From: an uncultured Eubacteriales bacterium
GTDB lineage: Bacteria; Bacillota; Clostridia; Christensenellales; CAG-138
Length of the DNA: 64,000 bases
Assembly (NCBI GenBank): GCA_902798825.1
Contig: CADBYI010000009.1
Location: forward strand, 4,721 to 68,720
Reading direction: 5' to 3'
Each line of letters begins with the position of its first letter. Position 1 is the stretch's first letter. Below the pieces are notes generated by a model. The model ran no database searches. It was not told the origin of the DNA and was given only the letters and a program-made list of their open reading frames with translations. Positions 54,484 through 63,269 of the stretch are shown piece by piece. Position numbers and translations under genes: made by a program.

Positions 54484-55274
54484 ATCCGTGCCTCCAGATC
54501 GTTTCGCAGCTTCAAAACATATGCCAGGGGGAACCCGTCCTCGCTTAGAGCCGATTCTCCCGTGATGCCGTCGATGAGGCCCGCCTCTGTGCAGAGACGG
54601 TAGGCCGCCAGCAGGTCTGATTCCGTGGGCAGCTGGCCCAGGGCCCCGCAAAGGCCCAGGGCGCCCCAGTTGGACACGGTGGCGATGACGAGCCGGCCCG
54701 CCCTCACCGCGCAGGGCACCCTGCCCAGCCGCCGGGCAACGGCGTCCGCCAAATTCCCCATGCCTATCTCGTTCCCCCCGTCGCCGATGCCCACGGTGGG
54801 GCCGTCGAAGGACAGGAATAGCTCGTCCAAGGGGGCCATGGTGTCCCGGATATCCCTGCCCTTGGCGTTGACATATCGGCCGTCGGCTGTCCGGCCGCAC
54901 CGCTCCACGGCGATGAGGCCCACGGGCTGCTCCGAGGCCAGCAGGTCCCGCAGCTCCCTCTCCCCCGCCGTCCGTTCGAACACGGCGCAGGGCAAGCCCG
55001 ACATTCGAAAGTAGGCTTCGCAGAAGGGGTCCGTCACCACCATAGGGGAAAAGCCCAGCTTCACAAGGGCGTCGAACAGGAGCCTGGTCCCCGGCGGGCC
55101 GTCGGTCTCCCCCCGGCCGTCCACATAGAAGCCGGTGACCAGCAGCACCCGGCCCCGGGGCCAGGACAGCACGTACCGTCCGGCCTGGGCGCAAAAATCC
55201 GCCGGCAGCAGGTCTGCCAGGCGATCCATGCCCCGTCGGGAATTCCCCAGGATCAGTTCTTCCAGCCGTCCCAT
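54480..55274 (-). CDS. DUF4392-like protein (family also fused in eukaryotic D-glutamate cyclase)
   Basis: 264 aa with LVTGFYVDGRGETDGPPG and GIGDGGNEIGMGN. The family assignment is from memory. Its stop overlaps the radC start (ATGA). Confidence 0.4.
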   Translation of the reverse strand: MGRLEELILGNSRRGMDRLADLLPADFCAQAGRYVLSWPRGRVLLVTGFYVDGRGETDGPPGTRLLFDALVKLGFSPMVVTDPFCEAYFRMSGLPCAVFERTAGERELRDLLASEQPVGLIAVERCGRTADGRYVNAKGRDIRDTMAPLDELFLSFDGPTVGIGDGGNEIGMGNLADAVARRLGRVPCAVRAGRLVIATVSNWGALGLCGALGQLPTESDLLAAYRLCTEAGLIDGITGESALSEDGFPLAYVLKLRNDLEARI

Positions 55275-55275
55275 A

Positions 55276-56533
55276 TCAAGCCTTCCCTTCCGCTCCTTTG
55301 CGCTGACGCTCGTACAGTTGGTATAGCTCCTCCGTGGCCAAAGCCAGCTTGGTCACGGCAAACAGACAGTCCTTCGGGTAGACGTAGAGGGTGTCCCGGT
55401 CCGTGTTCAAATCCACACAGTCCCCGAATTTGCCCAGATATTCATACTCGATGTGGACGGAATAGAGGGATGCAGCGGGAATATGGACGTGATACGCCTC
55501 CCCCTGATACGTTCCGTCCAGGGTAAAGCCGGTCATGTCGTGGGTCAGGGTGGCCATGCCCAGGTCCATATACCCCCTGGCGTTGGGCAGGGCGTCCACC
55601 CTGGCCCGGCAGGTGAAGGAATAGGTCCCTGCCTCCACCTCCCGGCGAACGTTCCCCCGCTCCCACTCATACCAGTCGGGGATGTGGGAAAACTCCGTCT
55701 CCCCCTCCAGGGCGTGGAGCTGAGACAGCTGGTCCATCTCCCAGACCTTCCCGCAGCTTTCGCAGAAAAGGCGGGCGCCCCTGGTGTTCATCCGGTACTC
55801 CGCGCCGCAGTGGGGACACTGATAGAGGACCTTGTGGAGGCCCTCCGCCCGTCCCGCGTAGGAGATGCGGATGCCCCGGTCCTTCTGCCAGGCGAAGTCG
55901 TCGTACCGGAAGCTCTGCCGAATGGCCTCGTTCACCTCCTCCACGGAGGCCGCCGCCAGGCCCTCCCGGGTGAACAGGCAGGTCATCTCCGCCTCGGTGG
56001 GCTTCACCTTTCGATCGTGGAGATTCCAGAAGGGAGAGTTCACATGGTGGCCGTGGCACATTAACGTCACCACCGGCACCTTCAACAGCTTGCACAGCTT
56101 TCCCAGGGAGTCCGGCAGAACCGCCGTGGTGCCGCACAGGGAGTAGCGGGCCTCGGGATAGAGGACGGCGATGTCGCCCCGATCCACCACCCGCTTCAGC
56201 TGGCGGATGAGGGTCACGTCACGGGTGAACTTCCGCTTGCAGATGCAGCCGATGAACCGCAGCAGCCATTCCCGCTTCAAGAAGCCGTCGATGGCCACCA
56301 CATAGTTGGCCCGGTGGGGAAAGACGGCCCGGGTGGCCACGGAGAAGTCCATGAAGGCGTTGTGGTTGCACAGCAGCAGATAGGGGGGCTTCACACACAC
56401 CCTCCATGTTCACCTTCGTCAGCTTGTTTTTATGGGGGATCAGCGTTCCCGCCGCCAGGACCCAGGCCAGGGGCAGCAGGTGCTGCCGCAGGGGCGGCCG
56501 CTGCATATCGAAGCGCTTCACATGATCCAGCAT
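55276..56533 (-). pseudogene. PlsC-like acyltransferase with C-terminal zinc-ribbon/beta domain, frame-shifted after codon ~46
   Basis: The N-terminal MLDHVKRFDMQRPPLRQHLLPLAWVLAAGTLIPHKNKLTKVNMEGV is in one frame (start 56533). The body (V)CVKPPYLLLCNHNAFMDF (HX4D) and CPHCG..CESCG is in the +1 frame (55276-56400). The junction lies at cacacacac 56392-56400. Confidence 0.7.
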
Positions 56534-56626
56534 GATCGATTCTCCGCTGTTTCGATTCGTTTTTGTATAAAAAGTATAGCGGACCCCCCGCCCGCTGTCA
56601 ATGCGGCGGGGCCATTTTGACGGCTC

Positions 56627-56642
56627 CGTAAAATATTTTACG
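56627..56642. promoter_or_regulatory. Perfect 16-bp palindrome CGTAAAATATTTTACG
   Basis: It lies in the acyltransferase/DUF2975 divergent region. CGTAAA/TTTACG half-sites recur at 56647 and 56722. Confidence 0.4.
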
Positions 56643-56660
56643 TTATTCGTAAAAAAAGTA

Positions 56661-56689
56661 TTGACAAGCGAAAAGGACAGGTGTATACT
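56661..56689 (+). promoter_or_regulatory. Sigma-A-type promoter of the DUF2975-HTH operon
   Basis: TTGACA (56661-56666), 17-nt spacer ending in TGt, TATACT (56684-56689). Confidence 0.6.
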
Positions 56690-56700
56690 GCGTCCAGAAG

Positions 56701-56717
56701 TTAACGATAATCGTTAA
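56701..56717. promoter_or_regulatory. Perfect 8+1+8 palindrome TTAACGAT-A-ATCGTTAA, candidate operator
   Basis: It lies 12 nt downstream of the -10 box and 33 nt upstream of the DUF2975 ATG. Confidence 0.5.
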
Positions 56718-56749
56718 TAAATTTACGAAAGCGAACGGAGGAAACAGCT

Positions 56750-57469
56750 ATGGAAAACAGTATCCAAACCAAAGTCAACAAGATCGGCAGGGCCGGCAGG
56801 ATCGTTTCTATCGTCCTGATCGTGCTGCTCTCCATCGGGGCCTTCTCCCTCCTGCTGGCGGGGGGCGTCTGCGCCGTCCTGCCCGAGGACACGGTGGAGG
56901 TATCCTTCCGGCCCAACGCAGACGTGCTGGTGGGCAGGTCTATCCTGGGTCAGGAATGGAGCCGGATCGACGAAATCGTCGCCGAAGCTCAGGAAGCGCT
57001 GACCGGGAAATACGGCGAAGTCATCCAATTTGATAAGACGGACCGGGGCCTCCTGATCCGCCTGGATCGCCTGATGGAGGAGGGCGAGGTCTTTCGTCTC
57101 AGAAACGCCCTCGGCGCCATCTGGGCGGGTCTCGTGGGCATCGCCAGCGCCATCGTGGCCCTGGTCATGTTCCTGAAGCTCTCCGACGCCTTCCGGGTCT
57201 GCCGCTCCCCCTTCGACGAGGCCGTGATCCGGCGGATGAACATCTTCGCCTGGACGCTGATCGTCTGCGCCGTGGTGGGCTCCTTCGCCGGCTCCGCCGC
57301 CCAGAGCGCGGTGATGGCCTTCCAGAACGCGGGCATCCACGTGGGGGCCAAGAACTTCGGCGTCTCCCTGGACCTCTACCCCATCTTCGCCGCCCTCATC
57401 GTGTTCTTCCTCTGCATGATCTTCCGCTACGGGGCCCAGCTCCAGCAGGAAGCCGACGAGACCCTGTGA
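56750..57469 (+). CDS. DUF2975-like membrane protein
   Basis: 239 aa with 4 predicted TM helices. It shows the typical pairing with a downstream small HTH gene. Confidence 0.55.
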   Translation: MENSIQTKVNKIGRAGRIVSIVLIVLLSIGAFSLLLAGGVCAVLPEDTVEVSFRPNADVLVGRSILGQEWSRIDEIVAEAQEALTGKYGEVIQFDKTDRGLLIRLDRLMEEGEVFRLRNALGAIWAGLVGIASAIVALVMFLKLSDAFRVCRSPFDEAVIRRMNIFAWTLIVCAVVGSFAGSAAQSAVMAFQNAGIHVGAKNFGVSLDLYPIFAALIVFFLCMIFRYGAQLQQEADETL

Positions 57470-57477
57470 GGCGCGCC

Positions 57478-57699
57478 ATGGGTAAGATCATCCTTAGGCT
57501 CGATCGGGTCATGGCCGATCGAAAGATGAGCCTCAACGAGCTGTCGGAGAAGGTGGGCGTGGCCAACGTGAACCTCTCCAAGCTGAAGAACGGCCACATC
57601 AGCGCCATCCGCTTCTCCACCCTCATCGCCATCTGCGAAGCCCTCCACTGCCAGCCGGGAGACATCCTGGAATACGCGCCGGACACTCAGGAGGAATGA
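57478..57699 (+). CDS. XRE/YozG-type helix-turn-helix transcriptional regulator
   Basis: ATG 57478. MGKIILRLDRVMADRKMSLNELSEKVGVANVNLSKLKNGHISAIRFSTLIAICEALHCQPGDILEY. Confidence 0.85.
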   Translation: MGKIILRLDRVMADRKMSLNELSEKVGVANVNLSKLKNGHISAIRFSTLIAICEALHCQPGDILEYAPDTQEE

Positions 57700-57781
57700 G
57701 CCACTGAACGCACGGAGCCGGCAGGGACCCATATAGTCCCTGCCGGCTCGTTTCAGCTGTGTCACGGTTTTCGTATCTTCC

Positions 57782-58480
57782 CTAATACTCCAGCGCAGAC
57801 AGCCAGGCCTTTACCTTTTCCTGTACGCCGTCCCGATCGTTCTGGGCGTCGGCGCCGCGGATCGCCAGGCCCTGGAGGACCGTGCTGTTGGGGCAGGCGG
57901 CGGAAAGCTTTTTGTCGAAGCCGGAGAGCCCGCTGCCCTCATGGGTGGAGAACGGGATCAGCGTCTTCCCCGCCAGGGCGTCCCCGTTGGTTTCAAAGAA
58001 GGTGTACAGGATCATGGGCCAGTCGCCCCACCACACCGGCGCGCCGATGAAGATAGCGGTATAGGGCGCAAGGTCGGGTACCTGTCCCGTATAGCCGGGG
58101 CGGGCGTTCTCCCTCTGCTCGCGCTTGGCCACATCTGTGAGCTCGTTGTACGTCAGAGGGTAATGATCGTCCGTGGGCAGGATTTCAAAGAGGTCCGCGC
58201 CGGTCTCGGCGGCGATCATCCGGGCCACGATGGCCGTGTTGCCCTCCTCGATGACGCCCACGTTGTACTGCTCGCCGGTGCGGGAAAAATACACCACCAG
58301 AACGTCGCTTTTTTGATTTGCTTCGGCGGGTGCGCCTTCCTCCTCAGCGGGAGCCGCCGCAGGGGATGGCTGGGGTTCATCCGCCTGCAGGGAACCGTCC
58401 GCCGCGGCGGATCGGGTGCAGCCCATCAGGGTCAGCAGCAGGACGACTGCCAGAAGAATCGATCCGATTCTTTTCATCAT
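57782..58480 (-). CDS. Exported flavodoxin-like lipoprotein
   Basis: Starts at the internal ATG 58480. MMKRIGSILLAVVLLLTLMGC carries a lipobox, followed by a Pro/Ala/Glu linker. The flavodoxin-like core is VLVVYFSRTGE...FIGAPVWWGDWP...IPFSTHEGSG. Confidence 0.75.
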   Translation of the reverse strand: MMKRIGSILLAVVLLLTLMGCTRSAAADGSLQADEPQPSPAAAPAEEEGAPAEANQKSDVLVVYFSRTGEQYNVGVIEEGNTAIVARMIAAETGADLFEILPTDDHYPLTYNELTDVAKREQRENARPGYTGQVPDLAPYTAIFIGAPVWWGDWPMILYTFFETNGDALAGKTLIPFSTHEGSGLSGFDKKLSAACPNSTVLQGLAIRGADAQNDRDGVQEKVKAWLSALEY

Positions 58481-58509
58481 ACGCTTCTCCTTTTCGATTC
58501 GTGTTGCGG

Positions 58510-59658
58510 TCAATACCCAAATACCTGGGCTGCCTTTTTCATGTTCTCCCGAATGGAGACGCCGAAGGGACACCGGGCCTCGCAGGCCCCGCACCGGACG
58601 CATTCGCCGGCGTGATGGAGCAGCGCTTTATAGTGCTCCCGCACGGTCTCGGGCACCTCCCCCTGCGCTTCGGCCAGGTGGAGGAACTTGGTCACGTCCG
58701 CCACGCTGATCCCCTTCGGACACGGCGCGCAATGGCTGCAATACATGCAGTGCCCCTCCCAGTGGATGCGGGGGAAGGACGCCAGGGCGGCGGCATAGTC
58801 CCGCTCCGCTTCGCTGGCCTCGCAGTAGGCGGCGCTCTGCTCCAGCTGCTCCACCGAATGGGCCCCCGCCAGGACCACCGACACCGCCGGCCGGGAAAGG
58901 GCATAGGAGATGCACTGGTGGGCCGTCAGGGCCACCCCCGCCGGGGACAGCTCCGCGTTCAGCAGATCGCCGCCCGCAAAGGCCTTCATGACCGTGATGC
59001 CCACGCCCAGGCGCTGGCAGGTTTCATAGAGCCGCTGACGGTCAGGGTCCATGTTGGTGAGCACGCCGGCGTAGGCCTCGTCCGCCCACAGATCGTCCAC
59101 GTCCTCGCTGGCGGGCTGCAGATCGTAGCAGGGGTTGACGGAGAACATCAGCACCTCGATGCCGCCCTCCAAAACGGCGCGCTCGGCCACAAGGGGGTTG
59201 TGACTGGAGAGCCCGATATGCCGGATGAAGCCCTGCTGTTTCAGCTTTCGGGCATAGTCCAGGATGCCGTTGTTCACGATGGCCTCCCAATCCGACATGG
59301 CGTCGCAATAGTGGATCATGCCCACGTCGATGTAGTCCGTGCCGAGAAGCTGCAGCATTTCCTCAAAGCCCCGCTTCGTCTCGTCAAGGTCGCGGGTGCG
59401 GAGATACTGTCCGTTCTTCCAGACGGAGCAGAGATGGGATTGGATGACGAACTTCTCCCTGCGCCCCGAAAGCGCCCTGCCGACGGCGGCGCGCAGCTCC
59501 GGATCAGAGGCATAGAGGTCGAAATAGTTGATCCCCAGCCCCTCCGCCGCGTCGAAGAGCCGGCCGGTCATCCCGTAGTTGTCCTCGTTCATGCCCTCAC
59601 AGCCCATGCCGATGACGCTGACGGACAGGCCGGTGTTTCCCAATGTGCGATATTCCAT
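58510..59658 (-). CDS. Aldo/keto reductase fused to a C-terminal 2x[4Fe-4S] ferredoxin-like domain
   Basis: ATG 59658 (MEYRTLGNTGLSVSVIGMGC). The C-terminus has CMYCSHCAPCP and CVRCGACEARCP. Confidence 0.85.
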   Translation of the reverse strand: MEYRTLGNTGLSVSVIGMGCEGMNEDNYGMTGRLFDAAEGLGINYFDLYASDPELRAAVGRALSGRREKFVIQSHLCSVWKNGQYLRTRDLDETKRGFEEMLQLLGTDYIDVGMIHYCDAMSDWEAIVNNGILDYARKLKQQGFIRHIGLSSHNPLVAERAVLEGGIEVLMFSVNPCYDLQPASEDVDDLWADEAYAGVLTNMDPDRQRLYETCQRLGVGITVMKAFAGGDLLNAELSPAGVALTAHQCISYALSRPAVSVVLAGAHSVEQLEQSAAYCEASEAERDYAAALASFPRIHWEGHCMYCSHCAPCPKGISVADVTKFLHLAEAQGEVPETVREHYKALLHHAGECVRCGACEARCPFGVSIRENMKKAAQVFGY

Positions 59659-59670
59659 ATTTCTCACCTC

Positions 59671-59763
59671 TCAAATGTTGTGGTAAACGTCCTGCATGGG
59701 CAGGCCCATGCAGCCGAAGCCGCTATCCCAGCGGATCTCGGGAAAGAACTTGTTTTCTGCCAT
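59671..59763 (-). CDS. 30-codon small ORF with a strong RBS, unknown function
   Basis: AAGGAGGAG lies 5 nt before ATG 59763. It encodes MAENKFFPEIRWDSGFGCMGLPMQDVYHNI. It sits 18 nt after the permease stop and 12 nt before the AKR start. Confidence 0.35.
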   Translation of the reverse strand: MAENKFFPEIRWDSGFGCMGLPMQDVYHNI

Positions 59764-59781
59764 GGTCTCCTCCTTGTTCCC

Positions 59782-60693
59782 TTACAGCACAAGATTTATG
59801 AGCAGGCCGGAGAGCAGCGAAAACAGCATCACATAGCCCAGATACAGCAAAAACCGCCTCCAGCCCATGCAAATCTTCAGGGCGCCCAGGTTGGTGATCT
59901 TGGTGGCGGGGCTGGTGATCATGAACGCCGCCGCGGAGCCCAGGCTCATACCCTCCGCGAGCCAGCTTTGCAGCAGGGGGATGGTCCCGCCGCCGCAGGC
60001 GTAGAGGGGCACGCCGATGGTGGCCGCCATCAAAACGCCCCAGGCCTCGTTGCCGCCGAAGGCCCGGACCATCCAGGCTTGGGGCACGTATCGCTGAAAC
60101 AGGGCGGAGAGCAGCACGCCCAAGAGGAAGTATAGGCCCGTGGCCTTCACGTTCCGCCACAGGTTCAACAGATACCGGACGAAAAGATTCGGGTGGGTGT
60201 CCCGGCTGGCGCCCGCTTCGAACCCCTCGAAGTTGAAAAACGGCTTCCGGCGATAAAACAGGTGCACCAGCAGGCCCGCCCCGCAGCCACAGAAAAAGCA
60301 GGTGACGATCCGCACGACAAGGGCCATCGTGCCGAGCGCAGCGCTGTAGACCATGAGCTGGGGATTCAGCAGGATGGACCCCATCATGAAGGCCGCCAGC
60401 CAATCCTCCCGCATGCCCTGTTTTCGGAACGACGCGGCGATGGGGATCGTGCCGTACATGCATAGCGGTGAAGCGATGCCCAGCAGGCAGGCGGGCACGA
60501 TGCCCGCCAGGCCCCATGTTTTGCTCTGCATCCGGGCGAACAGGCTGTGAATCCTATCCTTGGCGAACACGGAGATCAGGGACCCGATCCCCATGCCCAG
60601 CACCCAGTACCAGAAGATCTGCTTCAGCTGCAGGTCAAAATAGTACCAGATATAAACGAATTCACGCCGGAGGATGGCCCAGAGATCAGCCAT
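59782..60693 (-). CDS. Permease (DUF318/ArsP-like two-repeat family)
   Basis: Starts at the internal ATG 60693 (MADLWAILRREF). The repeats are GIASPLCMYGTIPIAASF and GVPLYACGGGTIPLLQSW. It overlaps the DUF362 stop by 8 nt. Confidence 0.55.
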   Translation of the reverse strand: MADLWAILRREFVYIWYYFDLQLKQIFWYWVLGMGIGSLISVFAKDRIHSLFARMQSKTWGLAGIVPACLLGIASPLCMYGTIPIAASFRKQGMREDWLAAFMMGSILLNPQLMVYSAALGTMALVVRIVTCFFCGCGAGLLVHLFYRRKPFFNFEGFEAGASRDTHPNLFVRYLLNLWRNVKATGLYFLLGVLLSALFQRYVPQAWMVRAFGGNEAWGVLMAATIGVPLYACGGGTIPLLQSWLAEGMSLGSAAAFMITSPATKITNLGALKICMGWRRFLLYLGYVMLFSLLSGLLINLVL

Positions 60694-61756
60694 CGATATC
60701 GACCAACGTATAGGTCCGGCTGCCCAGGCCGATCTCCTCAGCGTGCTCCAGGGTGTGGATGCCGTGCTGCCGCTCCATGCGGCGAACCAGGGAGGCGCTG
60801 TCCGGCGCGGCGTAGACCAGGTCCACACAGGCCTGATCGAGGGCCACCGGGTCCGTCGAAGCCAGAATACCGATGTCGTGCATATCCGGCTCGGCGGGGT
60901 TGCCGTCGCAGTCGCAGTCCACGGAGAGGCGATTCATCACGTTGATGTAGACGATGTGCTCCGCCCCCACGTGATCCCGGACGCCGGTGACCATCTCGCC
61001 CAAGGCCTCCAGCCAGGCGTCCTGGTCGCTGTACCAGATGCTGCCCTTGGTCTTGGTGCCGGCGGTGTGGACATAGACCTTGCCGCTGGGAGAGGACATG
61101 CCGATGGCCACGTTCTTGATGGCGCCGCCGAAGCCCGCCATGGCGTGGCCCTTGAAGTGGGAGAGGACGACCCAGTCCCTGTAGTTCTCGGCGTGGCTGC
61201 CCACAATGGCCCGGTTCAGCCGGGTGCCCCCGGTGACCGGCCATTCCATCTCCCCCTCCTCGTCCAGCAGGTCAAACGGCGCTATGGCCGTGAAGCCGTG
61301 ATCCGCAGCCACCTGCTTATGGAGGGCCGCGCTGGAACGGGAGCCGCCGTAGGCGGTGTTGCATTCCACGATGGTGCCGCTGAGCTTCTGTACCAGCTGG
61401 CCGATGAGCTCCGGCCGCAGATAGTTGCTGGCCGGGGGCTCGCCGGTGGAGATCTTCACCGCCACCGGGCCCGTGGGCTGCCAGTTCAGGGCCTCATAGA
61501 CCTTCACCAGCCCCGCCGCGGAGATATCCGAGGTGAAGTAGACCACAGGCGCGCCGTTGACGGTCGCCTGCGGCTCGGCCCCTTCCGCCGATCGCTGGGA
61601 CAGGGCGGTGACGGTCAGGCGGCTCGAACCGGCATCGCCTTGGGTCGGTGCGTCCGTCGGGCGGGCTGCGGAGGCTTCCGGCCGGCCGGCACACCCGGCG
61701 AGCAGAAGCACCGCCGCCAGCAAGCACATCCATGCCTTTTTCGTAAGGTGTTTCAT
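60686..61756 (-). CDS. Exported DUF362-like lipoprotein
   Basis: ATG 61756. MKHLTKKAWMCLLAAVLLLAGC carries a lipobox. ECNTAYGG, HFKGHAMAGFGGAIKN and LSVDCDCDGNP are as I recall for DUF362. Confidence 0.5.
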   Translation of the reverse strand: MKHLTKKAWMCLLAAVLLLAGCAGRPEASAARPTDAPTQGDAGSSRLTVTALSQRSAEGAEPQATVNGAPVVYFTSDISAAGLVKVYEALNWQPTGPVAVKISTGEPPASNYLRPELIGQLVQKLSGTIVECNTAYGGSRSSAALHKQVAADHGFTAIAPFDLLDEEGEMEWPVTGGTRLNRAIVGSHAENYRDWVVLSHFKGHAMAGFGGAIKNVAIGMSSPSGKVYVHTAGTKTKGSIWYSDQDAWLEALGEMVTGVRDHVGAEHIVYINVMNRLSVDCDCDGNPAEPDMHDIGILASTDPVALDQACVDLVYAAPDSASLVRRMERQHGIHTLEHAEEIGLGSRTYTLVDIDG

Positions 61757-61811
61757 CTGCATCCTTCCTTTCGTATGCGTCTTGTCTTCAGCGGATGCCG
61801 TTTGCATCGAG

Positions 61812-62489
61812 CTAGGCCGTTACGTCGCCCGGCATGGACCCGGCGGCGGGCCGGATCAGCGACGCCACACAGGCACCAAAGCAGGCGAACGCCGCCAGCA
61901 TAGCCAGGTTTTCCAGGAAGACGAGGACGGCGGATTTGTCGTAGTCAAAGAAGGCGAACGGGGCGCGAAACAGCATATAGTCCGTGATGCCGTTTCTATA
62001 AAACAGCCATGCCCCGACGCCCGCCCCTGCGGCGAAAAGGATCGCCAGGGTCGTTTTGAGCCTGCCGTTCCACCTGGCCGTCATGGCGGGCAGGTGCAGG
62101 CCCAGGTGGACCCCCATGAGCACGAACGACCAATAGGACAGGGCGAGATGGACCTGCCGCGCGAAGGACACGGGCAGCATCCCATAGAGGAACGGCACCG
62201 CGTGGGCGCTCATGGCCATGCCGCAAAGGGCCGTCAGCGCGATGGAGGCGAGCAGCAGCGTGTTGACGAGAGTCGTGAGGGTCCGATAGGCGGTGTATTT
62301 GCCCCTGAACAGGGCCCCATACCACCTGCGGTTCAGGACGTGGTGGAGGATCAGCAGGGCGGTCATGCCGATGCCGAACCATTCGTGGAGCGATTCGCCG
62401 GTCGCCTGATACGCCGTGAGGCACAGGAGAAGGGCCGTCATGCCCGCGTCCACGATCAGTTTTATGGATTTTGTCCGGTTTGCCCCCAT
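61812..62489 (-). CDS. DUF4405-like polytopic membrane protein with intramembrane His residues
   Basis: 225 aa with about 6 predicted TM helices. The His residues occur in LHEWFGIGMTALLILHHVLNRRW and QVHLALSYWSFVLMGVHLGLHL. Confidence 0.45.
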   Translation of the reverse strand: MGANRTKSIKLIVDAGMTALLLCLTAYQATGESLHEWFGIGMTALLILHHVLNRRWYGALFRGKYTAYRTLTTLVNTLLLASIALTALCGMAMSAHAVPFLYGMLPVSFARQVHLALSYWSFVLMGVHLGLHLPAMTARWNGRLKTTLAILFAAGAGVGAWLFYRNGITDYMLFRAPFAFFDYDKSAVLVFLENLAMLAAFACFGACVASLIRPAAGSMPGDVTA

Positions 62490-62505
62490 GGCGGCCTCCG
62501 CCCGT

Positions 62506-63258
62506 TTAGTCTAGTCCCTTGATCCAGTCGGCAAGGTCGCTTTCCGACACGCCGCCCGAAAACCGCCTGCCGTCCAGCCAGTTGCCGCCCTTGGCGTGCT
62601 CGGCCAGGTTCTTGCCGCTTCTGCCGATGCCGCTGCTGGCGGAGGTGCAGAACGGGATCATGGTGATTGTGCCGAAATCATAGCTTTCCACGAATGTGTC
62701 GAGGATCCGGGGCTCCTCGCCCCACCAGATGGGATAGCCCACATAGATGCGCTCATAGCCGGAAAGGTCCAGGGGTTCGCTGGCGATGGCGGGGCGAACC
62801 GCGGCGTCGTTCTGCTCCTTGGTGGTGCGGCTGCTCCGATCGTTCCAGTTCAGGTCCGCCTCGGAATAGGGCTCGGCGGCCAGTATCTCATACAGGTCGG
62901 CGTCCTCCAGGGCGGCTATTTTCTCAGCGACGCCTTTTGTGGTGCCGGTGGCGGAGAACACCACCACCAGCACGGTTTTGTGCGTCGCCGGAGCCTCCGT
63001 AGGCTCCGCAGCCGACGCTTGGATGGGCTCGGCGGGCAGCTCCGCCGTGGGCTCCTCCGGCGCAGCCGCAGGCTCGGCTGGCTCGACATCGATCGTCGGT
63101 TCAGCCGTCTCTGCCGCAGACGCTTCGGCCGCGGTGCTCTTCGGCACCTCGGTGGCTATGGCGGGCGCGGCGGAGACCTGGGGTCCAGCGGGCTTGCTGC
63201 AGGCAAGGATGCCCATGGTCAACAGGGCGAACAGCAGGATGGAAATTGTTTTTTTCAT
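62506..63258 (-). CDS. Exported flavodoxin-like lipoprotein (second copy)
   Basis: Starts at the internal ATG 63258. MKKTISILLFALLTMGILAC carries a lipobox, followed by a long Ala/Pro/Glu linker. The core is VLVVVFSATGTTK...YVGYPIWWGEEP...IPFCTSASSG. Confidence 0.75.
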   Translation of the reverse strand: MKKTISILLFALLTMGILACSKPAGPQVSAAPAIATEVPKSTAAEASAAETAEPTIDVEPAEPAAAPEEPTAELPAEPIQASAAEPTEAPATHKTVLVVVFSATGTTKGVAEKIAALEDADLYEILAAEPYSEADLNWNDRSSRTTKEQNDAAVRPAIASEPLDLSGYERIYVGYPIWWGEEPRILDTFVESYDFGTITMIPFCTSASSGIGRSGKNLAEHAKGGNWLDGRRFSGGVSESDLADWIKGLD

Positions 63259-63269
63259 AGGAAGGCTCC

